Of a stretch of DNA of 64,000 nucleotides, positions 7,654 through 17,364 are shown in pieces. Location: the NCBI GenBank assembly GCA_016181585.1, contig JACOYX010000017.1, positions 8,317 to 72,316 on the forward strand, in the 5' to 3' direction. The notes below the pieces were generated by a model. The model saw only the letters and a program-made list of their open reading frames with translations. It ran no database searches and had not been told where the DNA came from. Position 1 is the first letter of the stretch, and each line of letters opens with the position of its first letter. The translations under genes and the position numbers were made by a program. The stretch is from Candidatus Sungiibacteriota bacterium (GTDB lineage Bacteria > Patescibacteriota > Minisyncoccia > Sungbacterales > HO2-52-23).

Positions 7654-9909
7654 CTATTTACCCCGAATCGATTCCAAAAACGATTCTGCTTCCGCCTTAA
7701 AATTCGGATCCACCCTCATAGATTCTCTCGCCTCCGCCCGCGCCTCCTCATACCTTCCCACAAATGCAAGATGCGCCGCATACACAGCGTGATATTTCGG
7801 ATTCGTCGGCGAAACTTTTACTAAAGCGGCATATATCGGCACGGCGGATTTATATTCCTCAATTTTTTGATACGCTTGCGCAATACGATAGAGTTCCGGT
7901 TCCTTGAGTAAAACAAAATCAGTGGCTGATGCGATCTCTGCGGCAATTTCAGGCTTTTTTCCTATAATGGCGATCACCCACGCATTCACCCTAGCGTCGG
8001 GATATGAATGATCCGCCCGCCACGCGTCTCGCAATGTCTCGGCCGCTCGATCGTTTTTGCCTATATTCATATACATTTGCGCAAGTTCAAAAGCAAGCAT
8101 TTGTTTCTTGGGGCTCATCGCGACTGCCTCTTCAAGAACGCGTACTCCCTCCTCCGCAAATTCTGATTTTAAATCCAGCGCCCGATCTATTATGGCTCCG
8201 TAAAACAAAAGGTGCTTTACATCTTTCGCGGAATGTGATGTTTCTTTGCGAAACTCATCCACAGCAAATTCAATAAAATGCTGTTGTTCCTCTTTAGTAA
8301 ATCTTTCATTGCCTGGAATACTGCGCGCCACATTGCCGATCTGCTCCCTTACTTCCGTATTGCCAAACGAGTCATAACTCAATGCTTTTTGATATGCGCC
8401 GATAATCTGATCTGCCGAACCTCGCTGCTGGATAGTAAGCGCCGTAATGAGCGCTTTGGCTTCATTGATCGGTTTTACATGCAAAAAGTAACCGGCAAAA
8501 ATCACAAGAATAATTGTCGCACTCAATACCGCAAGACCTTGGGGAGCGCGCGCTGAAGCTTTATGGAAAGCAATTTTTTCATGGCTATTTCCCCAAACCG
8601 CAAAATTGGCATACGCCAGAAAAGCGAAAAAGAGAATATAGGTGTTAAGATTGTCGAAGACGAAAATGTCTTGAATAATATGCGAGATAAAAACTCCCAA
8701 AACCACGAGACCCGCCCAAAAAGGAAGTTCTTTCTTTTTCAACGCATGAAAAACGCCCCAAACCGCGGCACCCACCATGGCAAAAAATGCGGCAAATCCC
8801 AAAATCCCAGCATGAATCAGCCAATCAAAGATAATATTGTGCGAGCGGTCAAACCACGGCTCCTGACTCCAGAGTCCGGGGTTATAGTATTTCTGAAACA
8901 CTAAATAATAATTTTCCTGTCCCCAGCCTAAAAAGGGGCGTTCCAAAACACCCTGCCACGACATTCCCCAAATCATCCGCCGTGCGCGAATGGTGTCTTC
9001 CTGGAAAGAATAGTTGGTCAAACGGCGCAGTACTTGATTGGACTGCACAAACGAAGTTCCGCGCATGAGCCAGAGTATCAAGGGTACTGCAATCACCACC
9101 GCAAGCAAACTAGCGGCGATCGCGCGGCCGCGCGCTGTCGGCTTAAATCCGTCGCCCACGCTGAACCCGTGCTGATTTTTTTCTGAAAGTTTTTCCCACC
9201 ATACCACCAGCGCCGAAAGAAAAAGAAAACCCGTAAGCACCATCGCGAGAATAGCCCCGCGGGTTGCGGTGAAATAGAGTATTGTAAATTCAAATAGAAA
9301 AATTAGGGCATAGATTGCCTCGAGCCACCATTTTTTCCAAAAGTTGTACGCAAGCAAAAGCAAAATCCAGAGATGAAACACAAGATACGCCGCAAGGTAG
9401 GTCGGATTGCCGATAGTTGAATCCACGCGAAATCCTCCCTGCATGGAAATCCGGTAACCGAGTTTTTGTAAAAACGCAATGTAGGAAACCAGAACGCTCG
9501 CAATAAGCGTCGTGTGAAAAAAAATAATCCAATCGCGGCGGCGAAACACCGAAACCAGCATGACAAAATAAAGGTACAAATGAACTAGCATCATGAACCC
9601 TTCCATGCGCTCATAGTTGGAGAAAAGCGAACGGTAAGGATTCGGACTCAAAATATCCGCCGCAAACAATATGACTATAAATATGGTTGCCGTTTTAAAT
9701 ACCGGCGTAAGCTTCGGACGGAATTCCTCGCGCATAACCGCAAGGCCCGCCCATGCCGCAAATAAGATTTCCACCATCATGCGAAACGCAAAATTTTTTC
9801 CCGTAATAAAAGGAAAAAGCATTGCAGGTTCTATATAGAGTGGCAAAAAAGGAATCGCCCACAAGCCGATTTTTACGAGCCAAAGCAAGATACTTTCAAG
9901 GTTTTTCAT
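7654..9909 (-). CDS. O-antigen ligase / O-oligosaccharyltransferase-like membrane protein with C-terminal TPRs
   Basis: Many TM helices; STIGNPTYLA, TATRGA, GWGQENY, DRSHN motifs; helical TPR-like tail. Confidence 0.88.
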   Translation of the reverse strand: MKNLESILLWLVKIGLWAIPFLPLYIEPAMLFPFITGKNFAFRMMVEILFAAWAGLAVMREEFRPKLTPVFKTATIFIVILFAADILSPNPYRSLFSNYERMEGFMMLVHLYLYFVMLVSVFRRRDWIIFFHTTLIASVLVSYIAFLQKLGYRISMQGGFRVDSTIGNPTYLAAYLVFHLWILLLLAYNFWKKWWLEAIYALIFLFEFTILYFTATRGAILAMVLTGFLFLSALVVWWEKLSEKNQHGFSVGDGFKPTARGRAIAASLLAVVIAVPLILWLMRGTSFVQSNQVLRRLTNYSFQEDTIRARRMIWGMSWQGVLERPFLGWGQENYYLVFQKYYNPGLWSQEPWFDRSHNIIFDWLIHAGILGFAAFFAMVGAAVWGVFHALKKKELPFWAGLVVLGVFISHIIQDIFVFDNLNTYILFFAFLAYANFAVWGNSHEKIAFHKASARAPQGLAVLSATIILVIFAGYFLHVKPINEAKALITALTIQQRGSADQIIGAYQKALSYDSFGNTEVREQIGNVARSIPGNERFTKEEQQHFIEFAVDEFRKETSHSAKDVKHLLFYGAIIDRALDLKSEFAEEGVRVLEEAVAMSPKKQMLAFELAQMYMNIGKNDRAAETLRDAWRADHSYPDARVNAWVIAIIGKKPEIAAEIASATDFVLLKEPELYRIAQAYQKIEEYKSAVPIYAALVKVSPTNPKYHAVYAAHLAFVGRYEEARAEARESMRVDPNFKAEAESFLESIRGK

Positions 9910-9951
9910 ATAAAATGTATGGTACTATGAGAAAAGTTGAACGTCAATTAT

Positions 9952-9977
9952 AAAAACTCCGGAAAATCCGGAGTTTT
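9952..9977 (-). terminator. intrinsic terminator
   Basis: aaaactccgga-aaa-tccggagtttt. Confidence 0.7.
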
Positions 9978-9982
9978 ATTTT

Positions 9983-10975
9983 TTACTTAAGCAATTTAAA
10001 AATCTCATCCATAGTGCTCAAACCTTCGGGCTGCAGAGGAAACGCGGCTTCCTGTTTAGCTTTTAGTTCTATCCGCCCATCTCCTACAATCAGCCTATCA
10101 AGCACCTCAGTCATATTATCCATGGTTGCCACCTCGCATGCACCCGCGGCAACCGGCCCCCAAAGCTCCTCATTCACCTGTTTTTTCATATACTTCTTTA
10201 CCTCATCGTTGAGATAATAAATCACGGGAAGCCGCAACAGCGCCGCTTCCATAACACCAGTAGATCCGCCGGTTACGACCGAAATATCTGCCGTAAGCAT
10301 AAGCGAAGGCACGCTTTCGCGCGACTGCAACACCTTAATCCCTTTTTGCCGCAAAAGCATAGCCCGACATTCCGGGTCTTGCGTGTCTTTCATTTCACTG
10401 GGGTGCTCCTGAAAAAGCACCGTATAATTTACACCAATTACACACAAACCAGCAACTATAGAATTTAACATACTGTCGGTAATCCCCGCATGCTTCAATC
10501 CCGATACATAGACGAGTAGTCCCGGAAAATCCGCACGATTCAAATTTGCCGGCTTCACCTTTTTTGGATCCGCCCAATGCGATGGATAACCAACCCACAT
10601 CGCGTCTTTATATCCAAATTCTTTTGCGGGTTCGATATCAGAAGGGGAAGCAACAACAGCAGTTGCATTACCAACACGTCCTTTTACTCCAGGACGGAGA
10701 ATACTGCGCGGCGTATCTCCGAGAACAAGCACCGGCTTACTGTGCGCATAAGCATTACTCAGCATAATTTGATCCAGCCTACTCTCAAACGAAGATGGAC
10801 CGCCAACTACCGAAAAATTATACCGATATGCATAAATAGCTTCAGCGCTTACTTCGGGATTATTCCCCAAATACATAACGCCGTAATTTCTTTTCAAACC
10901 CTCTACAGCGACATCGCGACAGTAGTTCGAGGGCCCCGTGTCATACGCCCCGACCAATAATTGCGGTTTTGCCAT
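9983..10975 (-). CDS. GT-B fold protein (TagB/TagF- or UDP-GlcNAc 2-epimerase-like)
   Basis: VGYP, QEHP, ADISVVTGGSTGVMEAALLRLP; own promoter (TTGACA 11074-11069) and SD AAGGAG. Confidence 0.6.
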   Translation of the reverse strand: MAKPQLLVGAYDTGPSNYCRDVAVEGLKRNYGVMYLGNNPEVSAEAIYAYRYNFSVVGGPSSFESRLDQIMLSNAYAHSKPVLVLGDTPRSILRPGVKGRVGNATAVVASPSDIEPAKEFGYKDAMWVGYPSHWADPKKVKPANLNRADFPGLLVYVSGLKHAGITDSMLNSIVAGLCVIGVNYTVLFQEHPSEMKDTQDPECRAMLLRQKGIKVLQSRESVPSLMLTADISVVTGGSTGVMEAALLRLPVIYYLNDEVKKYMKKQVNEELWGPVAAGACEVATMDNMTEVLDRLIVGDGRIELKAKQEAAFPLQPEGLSTMDEIFKLLK

Positions 10976-11144
10976 CTTGCATCTCCTTACTTAGTGCATT
11001 AAAAGAACAAATTTAGCTAAATTATACAATTTAGCGGTGTTTTTATATATAACAATTATTTAGCTTTATGTCAATAAAATCTTATAAAGTTATCTCGCCA
11101 ATAAATTCGATGACATTTTCCATATTTTCTGTTACATTAACTCC

Positions 11145-12260
11145 ATGAAAAAACTCCTTATCGTCGCCGACTCCCCTGGTTCCGCAGAATTCATTGCGCC
11201 CGTCATTCCCTTGCTTCAGAAAAAAACAAAGATCGTGGTCGTGACAGTCAACACTTCTACCGAAGCGCCGTATACGATATTAAAAAAATATAAGCCATTA
11301 CGATGCGATCATGAAAAAGATGCGGAGGCATTGTTTCGAAAAATAAAACCCGATATTCTGCTCGCGGGGACAAGCTCGCTCATCCCCGGCCCATTTGTCA
11401 ATAACTGCTTCATCCGCCTCATGCACCGAGAGCAAAAACCGGTTTTAGTCTTTCAAGACTATTGGGCAAACCACCGCTGGCCGCAAAACAAAGAAACTCT
11501 GCATTTGTGGAACGCCGTATTTGTGCCTGACGAACTTGCAAAAAAGTTTTTGCAGGAAGATGCTTTTTCGGGAAATATCATAACCACCGGCAATCCTGCG
11601 TTTGATAAATTCACAACTGCCAATCCCGCCGCGATTCGCAATGCATTGCGCAAGGAGCTCAACATACGCGGATATGAGTTTGTCATACTCTACGCCGGCA
11701 CCGGCACGCCGCAAGCATGGCAGGAAGATGAAGCAACATTTCGTTTTCTCGCTAATGCATTGCAGGAATTTTTTGCGAACACGCCGAATATCGTTTTTAT
11801 TCCCCGCTCTCACCCGCGCGATGAAGAAAAAAATCGGTATCAAAAACTGGCACCTCGTTTGCGGATGTATAACCCAGATCACGGAAAAAACATCTATTCT
11901 ACCGACAATCTACTCTTAATGGCAGATTGTATAATCAGCATGTATTCAACCGCGCTTCTGCACGCCTGTTTTCTCAAAATACCGGCCATAAGCATTCTTC
12001 TTCCCGATGCGGGCCGCGCGCGCCTTCGAAAAATCAATCTCGATAATTTTCCTCCCAATACCGTTGGCGCGACTATTGGTGTTTACAAAGAATCTACCAA
12101 GGACCTTGTCGCCGCATTCGACGCCGTTAAAAATGACCCGCACTATCGCCAAAAGATAACCAACGCGCAAACGCAATTTTTCTCTTTGGCACAGAACAAA
12201 AAATCAGCCACGGAAACTGCGGCCGATGCGATCACTTCTTTTATTAGACCTGCTGCGTAA
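11145..12260 (+). CDS. GT-B fold protein (TagB/TagF-like)
   Basis: QDYW, TGNPAFD, RSHPRD, ADCIISMYSTALL. Confidence 0.65.
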   Translation: MKKLLIVADSPGSAEFIAPVIPLLQKKTKIVVVTVNTSTEAPYTILKKYKPLRCDHEKDAEALFRKIKPDILLAGTSSLIPGPFVNNCFIRLMHREQKPVLVFQDYWANHRWPQNKETLHLWNAVFVPDELAKKFLQEDAFSGNIITTGNPAFDKFTTANPAAIRNALRKELNIRGYEFVILYAGTGTPQAWQEDEATFRFLANALQEFFANTPNIVFIPRSHPRDEEKNRYQKLAPRLRMYNPDHGKNIYSTDNLLLMADCIISMYSTALLHACFLKIPAISILLPDAGRARLRKINLDNFPPNTVGATIGVYKESTKDLVAAFDAVKNDPHYRQKITNAQTQFFSLAQNKKSATETAADAITSFIRPAA

Positions 12261-12361
12261 AAATTTTTCTACTGCAATTTCAATTCGCACCAAAATCGCT
12301 TCAGCAATTTTATCTCAAAATTCTGAAATTTCGCTATGAAAATCTTTACGCAGTAGGTCTA
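12245..12361. mobile_element. MITE-like element, family A, copy 2 (inverted, shorter)
   Basis: tagacctgctgcgtaaa...tttacgcagtaggtcta; contains the stop codons of both convergent genes. Confidence 0.75.
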
Positions 12362-12718
12362 TTTCTTAATTCCTGTTTTTTTCTCAAGTTCAGCAATTCG
12401 TGATTCAAGTTTAGTATATTCGTCGTAGGTAATAAGACGCTTTTTACCCCGAGGATCGGTCCACTCGTTAATTTTTCTATGGATAAAGCGAAGTTCTTCA
12501 GAGTGATCTTCAAGAATTTCTTCTATAGTACCAATTCTTTGCTCTACCGCACCCATGCGAACTTTAAGATCCTCAATATCAGACTCCAGTTTCGAGAAAT
12601 GCTTGTCCACTCGATCAAACCGCGCATCTATTGCCTCAAACCGCGCATCAACCGCGTCAAAGCCAGCTTTTACCATCACAGCCAATTCATCGATTGTAAC
12701 GCCCTTCTTTTTGGCCAT
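12359..12718 (-). CDS. heptad-repeat coiled-coil hypothetical protein
   Basis: GFDAVDARFEAIDARFDRVDKHF repeats; TATAAT 6 nt before the ATG. Confidence 0.75.
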   Translation of the reverse strand: MAKKKGVTIDELAVMVKAGFDAVDARFEAIDARFDRVDKHFSKLESDIEDLKVRMGAVEQRIGTIEEILEDHSEELRFIHRKINEWTDPRGKKRLITYDEYTKLESRIAELEKKTGIKK

Positions 12719-12750
12719 AGTGCCATTATAATCAATCCATCCCATACTCG

Positions 12751-13860
12751 TCAAATCAGCAAACCTTCAACGATAGGGTCGTACTTTTTAAATGGCTTTG
12801 AGAGTTTTTTTCCTATCACATATTCATATCGCTCCGAAGGCATCCCTCCAGCAAATTTCTGAGGGCGCATGGCATAGATCATATCCGCCGTCAAAATAAC
12901 GCCGGCCGCAATATCTTGTCCTGCCATAAGCGATTTTCGAAAATAAGGACGAAATATCGCCTCTCCATCTTGAAGAACCTTCCCTTCTTTTCCCATGCCT
13001 TTCTGGACAATTTCTTTAGCGAGATATTCTTCTTTTTTTGCGGGATTATTTTCAATATCGCGAATACCTTTGGTAAGAGTCTTGAATTCCTCCGGCGTCA
13101 TGGATACTTTGTGGTCTGCGCCCCATAAATCCCGTGCAAACGAAAAGTGCTTTTCAATCACTCGCGCTCCCAGCGCCACTGCGGCAAGCGCGGAATCAAT
13201 ACCGATCGAATGATCAGAAAATCCGGTTGGCACATGATAACGATCGGCTAAATACTTAATTGATTTTAAATAAAGCTCATCCGGCGGACAGGGGTATTTT
13301 GATACGCAATGCAATAATATTATTTCCGAGTTTCTTCGTTTCAGAAAGTCAATTGCGCTATCAATCTCTTCTTCCGTCGACATACCGGAGGAAATAATAA
13401 TAGGTTTTTTGGTGGAAGCCAGATAATCAAGCATTACAAAATCCAAGAGATCACCGGAACCAACTTTCCATAATTCAACACCAAGTTGCGAAAGTTTTTG
13501 CGCCGCGCCGCGTGACATTGGTGTAGAAAAAAACGTAATGCCAATTTCATCGCAGTACGTTTTTAATGGCCGCCAAAATTCTTCAGGTGGCGTCGCCGCA
13601 GTATTTCGAGAAACCCAAGAATAGCGGTCGGAACCCCTGAAGTGAGGCGAGACAACGTTGATATTCAACTGCTCGTCCTCCACATTGTGCGTCTGAAATT
13701 TCACCGCATCCGCTCCAGCATCTTTTGCAGCTCTAACTAATTTTTTCGCATTTTCCAGATATTCAAAAACCGGACACTCTTCTTCGGTTTGTATAAAATT
13801 CTTGCCCATTTCGGCAATGATGAAAACTTTATTGTTTAGTTGTTGAGGAAAAGAAAGCAT
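12751..13860 (-). CDS. neuB: N-acetylneuraminate/nonulosonate synthase family with SAF domain
   Basis: IIAEMG, GADAVKFQT, KVGSGD, LLHCVSKYP, GFSDHS, IEKHF. Confidence 0.92.
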   Translation of the reverse strand: MLSFPQQLNNKVFIIAEMGKNFIQTEEECPVFEYLENAKKLVRAAKDAGADAVKFQTHNVEDEQLNINVVSPHFRGSDRYSWVSRNTAATPPEEFWRPLKTYCDEIGITFFSTPMSRGAAQKLSQLGVELWKVGSGDLLDFVMLDYLASTKKPIIISSGMSTEEEIDSAIDFLKRRNSEIILLHCVSKYPCPPDELYLKSIKYLADRYHVPTGFSDHSIGIDSALAAVALGARVIEKHFSFARDLWGADHKVSMTPEEFKTLTKGIRDIENNPAKKEEYLAKEIVQKGMGKEGKVLQDGEAIFRPYFRKSLMAGQDIAAGVILTADMIYAMRPQKFAGGMPSERYEYVIGKKLSKPFKKYDPIVEGLLI

Positions 13861-13968
13861 GGGTTTAGCGACTGATGTTATTAAAACGCATCAAAACCAT
13901 AACACGTTTCAGAGAAAAATAAAAACCCCGCATGATATATGCTGGGGCTCTTTCAGATTATATGCAAA

Positions 13969-14523
13969 TTATACCTTCGGCTCAATACATTTTGCTTCCA
14001 AAATAAGCTCGCACACTTCACGCACCGCGTGACTGCCTCCCCGTGCTTCAGTGACATAGTCAGCAATCGCTTTCAATTTTTTGTGTCCGTCGGCGACAGT
14101 CACTTTCACCCCAGCAAATTGCATGGGCTCAATATCATTCACATCATCACCCATGTAAAGAATCTCTTCCGGGCTTACGTTATTTTCCGCCGCAATCCGT
14201 TTCAGGATTTTCAACTTCCCCTCACCATTTTCCACTCCCTGCCAACACTGCACTTTTATTTTTTCGCAACGCTTCGCCACAACAGGATTCGCTTCTTTCG
14301 AAATGACACCAACCACAATCCCTGCTTGTTTTTGCAGCATGCCAACACCGAGAGAATCACGCCGCGAACAACGCACCATTTCATGTCCTGTATCATCTAC
14401 ATAAACCATGCCATCGGTCATAATCCCATCAAAATCAAACGCAACGAGCCGGACAGGAACAAGTTTTCTTAACACATTTTCCCTCATTTGTCTTTGATAA
14501 TTAATCACACCACCTAGTGACAT
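13969..14523 (-). CDS. KdsC-like HAD phosphatase (Kdo-8-P / nonulosonate-9-P phosphatase family)
   Basis: FDFDGIMTDG, YMGDDVND, GGSHAVRE. Confidence 0.88.
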   Translation of the reverse strand: MSLGGVINYQRQMRENVLRKLVPVRLVAFDFDGIMTDGMVYVDDTGHEMVRCSRRDSLGVGMLQKQAGIVVGVISKEANPVVAKRCEKIKVQCWQGVENGEGKLKILKRIAAENNVSPEEILYMGDDVNDIEPMQFAGVKVTVADGHKKLKAIADYVTEARGGSHAVREVCELILEAKCIEPKV

Positions 14524-14544
14524 GTTGTATTCCTCCTTCCGGTT

Positions 14545-14979
14545 TTATCCAATCCTTATCTCCTCCACCGTTGTCGTGGGAAGCCCTCCATCTATCTTTT
14601 CGCCGTAATGCTCTTCCATACGCACGCGATCATTGAACACAGGATTTGATACTTCGAAAATAACGCAATCAGTAATTGCCGTTTCGCGATGCACAGCTCC
14701 GGTCGGAATGAGCACGGTTTGTCCCGGTTTGACCGTCACCTTTGTAATCTTGCCGTCTCCCTCATCATATTCCAAAAGCATTTCGCCGGAAACAAGATGC
14801 CCCGCTTCATTTTTAACTTGATGCTTCTGCAGGCCACCCCTTGTCCCCGCTTTCATTTTTAAAATTTTGCCCGTGGCGACACCTTTGATATGCGCCACCA
14901 AAATTTCCTCTCCCCATACCCGCTCCCGCACTTCGGGTGTAAAAAATTCTATGGTTGCTTTTTTTTCTTGATTCCCCAT
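14545..14979 (-). CDS. cupin domain protein (mannose-6-phosphate isomerase-like)
   Basis: RVWGEE, LQKHQVKNE, IPTGAVHR, DRVRME. Confidence 0.8.
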   Translation of the reverse strand: MGNQEKKATIEFFTPEVRERVWGEEILVAHIKGVATGKILKMKAGTRGGLQKHQVKNEAGHLVSGEMLLEYDEGDGKITKVTVKPGQTVLIPTGAVHRETAITDCVIFEVSNPVFNDRVRMEEHYGEKIDGGLPTTTVEEIRIG

Positions 14980-15045
14980 ATGTGTCCTTTCTTATGTTTT
15001 CTAATGGGCTATATTATGCAACATTTATTTGTAGATAAAAGTAAC

Positions 15046-15076
15046 AGCTACTTAGCGTTGAAACCGCTAAGTAGCT
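15046..15076. terminator. hairpin, possible terminator
   Basis: agctacttagcg-7 nt-cgctaagtagct. Confidence 0.5.
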
Positions 15077-15085
15077 TATAGTTAA

Positions 15086-15511
15086 CTACACCTTAGGCAC
15101 CTTAATCACAAAAAACCGCGCCGTACCTTCCGCGCGATGCGTGTGCGGCACTCCCGCCGGAATCCAAAGACAATCACCTTTTTTTATCACTTGCTCATCT
15201 CCCCCCGCAATTTCCTTGGCAAAAATTTCCGTTTTATCTTCCGTGCCGTCGGTATTCTTTTTAAACCATGGACTCACCATTTCTCCGCCAATGGTAAATA
15301 CGGCCTCCCCCTCAATACACTGCCATAAATCAGCTTTTTCCGTATGCACTTCCGCATCATTTACTATATCAGTATCTTCAAGCATGGCCAAAGGCACATC
15401 GTTTAATTTTGTGAATGAACGCAGAGGCTCGAGCGAATGCTTACCTTGCACAGGAGATTTTTTTTTCGTCTCTTCCACAATCGAGTGAGGTATGTATATG
15501 TAAGTATGCAT
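15086..15511 (-). CDS. cupin domain protein
   Basis: AEVH..ADLW, GDCLWIPAGVPH. Confidence 0.75.
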   Translation of the reverse strand: MHTYIYIPHSIVEETKKKSPVQGKHSLEPLRSFTKLNDVPLAMLEDTDIVNDAEVHTEKADLWQCIEGEAVFTIGGEMVSPWFKKNTDGTEDKTEIFAKEIAGGDEQVIKKGDCLWIPAGVPHTHRAEGTARFFVIKVPKV

Positions 15512-15582
15512 GAAATATAAAATTAAATATACAGCATTTATTCACGATCGCTAATAAACGCTGGATATTTCAATTATGTCTT

Positions 15583-16299
15583 TTATCTATTGTGGCGGAG
15601 TAGCGCTTTTTCCGCCTCTTCCCAATCTTCCATGCTATCAATATTCACGCTATATTTTTGCTCCATTGGATACGCCCGCACATCATCACCATAAAAAGTT
15701 GGTTCCGAACGAAATAAAAGTTCGGTCTTAAAAAGATATATGGCGCCGTTTCGCGTATATGTTTTTCCGAGCTCCTGCCTTCGCTTCACGATTTGCGAAA
15801 ACGGCTCGCCCGTAAAAATTTGCAAATGATTTTCCGCGTCAATTAAAAACTGCCAATGCGGATTAAAATGTTGGGGAATTTCCGAGACGCTCACGATCGA
15901 ATCTGCATTAATTTTTTCCATAAGCTCCGCCGACTCGCGAATATGAAAATCCTGCCGCAGGGGACATGTGGGCTGTAAAATCATCACATAATCCGATACA
16001 AAATTTTCATTGTCGCGAAGCCAGTTTACCGCGTGTTGTAGTACCGGTAAGTGCGGCGTGGTATCTTGCGCAAGTTCCGCCGGACGCATGAAAGGCACTT
16101 CGGCGCCGCACTGCTTTGCAACATTGGCAATTTCTCTATCATCCGTTGAAAGAATCAAGCGTGAAATAACGCCGGATTCTTTGGCGGCTTTGATGGTATA
16201 AGCAATGAGGGGTTTTCCCGCAAGCTCTTTTACGTTTTTCCGCGGAATACCTTTTGACCCTCCGCGAGCAGTGATGATACCGAGAATAGTTTTTGGCAT
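15583..16299 (-). CDS. neuA: acylneuraminate cytidylyltransferase
   Basis: ARGGSKGIPRKN, GKPLI, LQPTCPLR, NGAIY, NIDS.ED. Confidence 0.93.
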   Translation of the reverse strand: MPKTILGIITARGGSKGIPRKNVKELAGKPLIAYTIKAAKESGVISRLILSTDDREIANVAKQCGAEVPFMRPAELAQDTTPHLPVLQHAVNWLRDNENFVSDYVMILQPTCPLRQDFHIRESAELMEKINADSIVSVSEIPQHFNPHWQFLIDAENHLQIFTGEPFSQIVKRRQELGKTYTRNGAIYLFKTELLFRSEPTFYGDDVRAYPMEQKYSVNIDSMEDWEEAEKALLRHNR

Positions 16300-16383
16300 A
16301 AGTAAACCTTACAAGATTAAAACGATTTATTCAAATGTTTTGTAATATTTTAAAATCGGCGCTATAAACTAGCGCCGATTTAT

Positions 16384-17313
16384 TTATAAAGAAAGCAGAA
16401 TTGTTCCCAGAAAAAGTACTGCTGATCCGATGATTCTTTGCCGAAAATATCCCTCACCAAGAAACAAAAATGCAAGGAGAACTGTCCATAAAATTTGTGT
16501 CCGTTTCAGCGCTCCCACATAGGGCGCAATTCCATAATAATATCCCGCATTGTACATACACGCCGCAACACCAAACATCATACCAACCATAAATACCCGC
16601 CAAAACATTTCTTTGGAAAGTTTTTGCCACACGCCTCGTCTCATTGATTCAAAAAATACCACACACGCAACGATAGTAAAAACCGAGCCGGTAAAAAACA
16701 TAGGGTCAGAGCGGAGTACGCCGAGTTTATCAAAACTGATGCTTATGGCGCCAAGATACGCTACCAAAAGCGCCAATCTTGCGCCCTTACTTGCAAACAA
16801 GCGAAACCACGGCCCTCCCCAATATGCCAAAAAGTTTTGCCATCGCACCGGGCACACACTGGCCATTGTCTTGGGTAAAGCAACCGGTTTTCCGCCAAGA
16901 TAAAGCGTATATGCGCCAATACCTATTAACACAATCCCAACTCTTCCCCATGCCGTAGGCCACTCGCCAAGAATTACATACGACATCAGTATCGCAAACA
17001 TCGGCATTGCGGAAGATAACGGGACAACGATAGACGCATCTTCAAGCTTGAGTGATTTGATATTGAGATATTGGATAAACACATTGAGAAATGCGGTAAT
17101 GGCAAAGGGAATCCAAAATCCCTGTTGTACGTTTGGCGTGCCGTAAAAAATCAAACTTCCTGAAAACCCCGCGCATGCTGCGCCCAACATGGTCACCACC
17201 GTTACAAAATCTTCATGCACCGCCTGCGTCAGCAATTTCTTTTTAATAATATTGGAAATAGCATGAAGCAATGCTCCGCCCATCACAAACCCATAAATCG
17301 GTAACCCCATCAT
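16384..17313 (-). CDS. EamA/DMT family transporter
   Basis: About 10 TM helices in two repeats; ASIVVPL, LGE, LKRT. Confidence 0.85.
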   Translation of the reverse strand: MMGLPIYGFVMGGALLHAISNIIKKKLLTQAVHEDFVTVVTMLGAACAGFSGSLIFYGTPNVQQGFWIPFAITAFLNVFIQYLNIKSLKLEDASIVVPLSSAMPMFAILMSYVILGEWPTAWGRVGIVLIGIGAYTLYLGGKPVALPKTMASVCPVRWQNFLAYWGGPWFRLFASKGARLALLVAYLGAISISFDKLGVLRSDPMFFTGSVFTIVACVVFFESMRRGVWQKLSKEMFWRVFMVGMMFGVAACMYNAGYYYGIAPYVGALKRTQILWTVLLAFLFLGEGYFRQRIIGSAVLFLGTILLSL

Positions 17314-17364
17314 TGTTAGACCCTTTCTTAAAAAAAGGAGGACTGGCTTGTCCTCCTTAGTTAC

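Noticed and set aside
9135-9165. VGDGFKP segment in the ligase resembling a REP-derived insert
   Set aside because: Palindrome is weak and no second copy was seen in the window.
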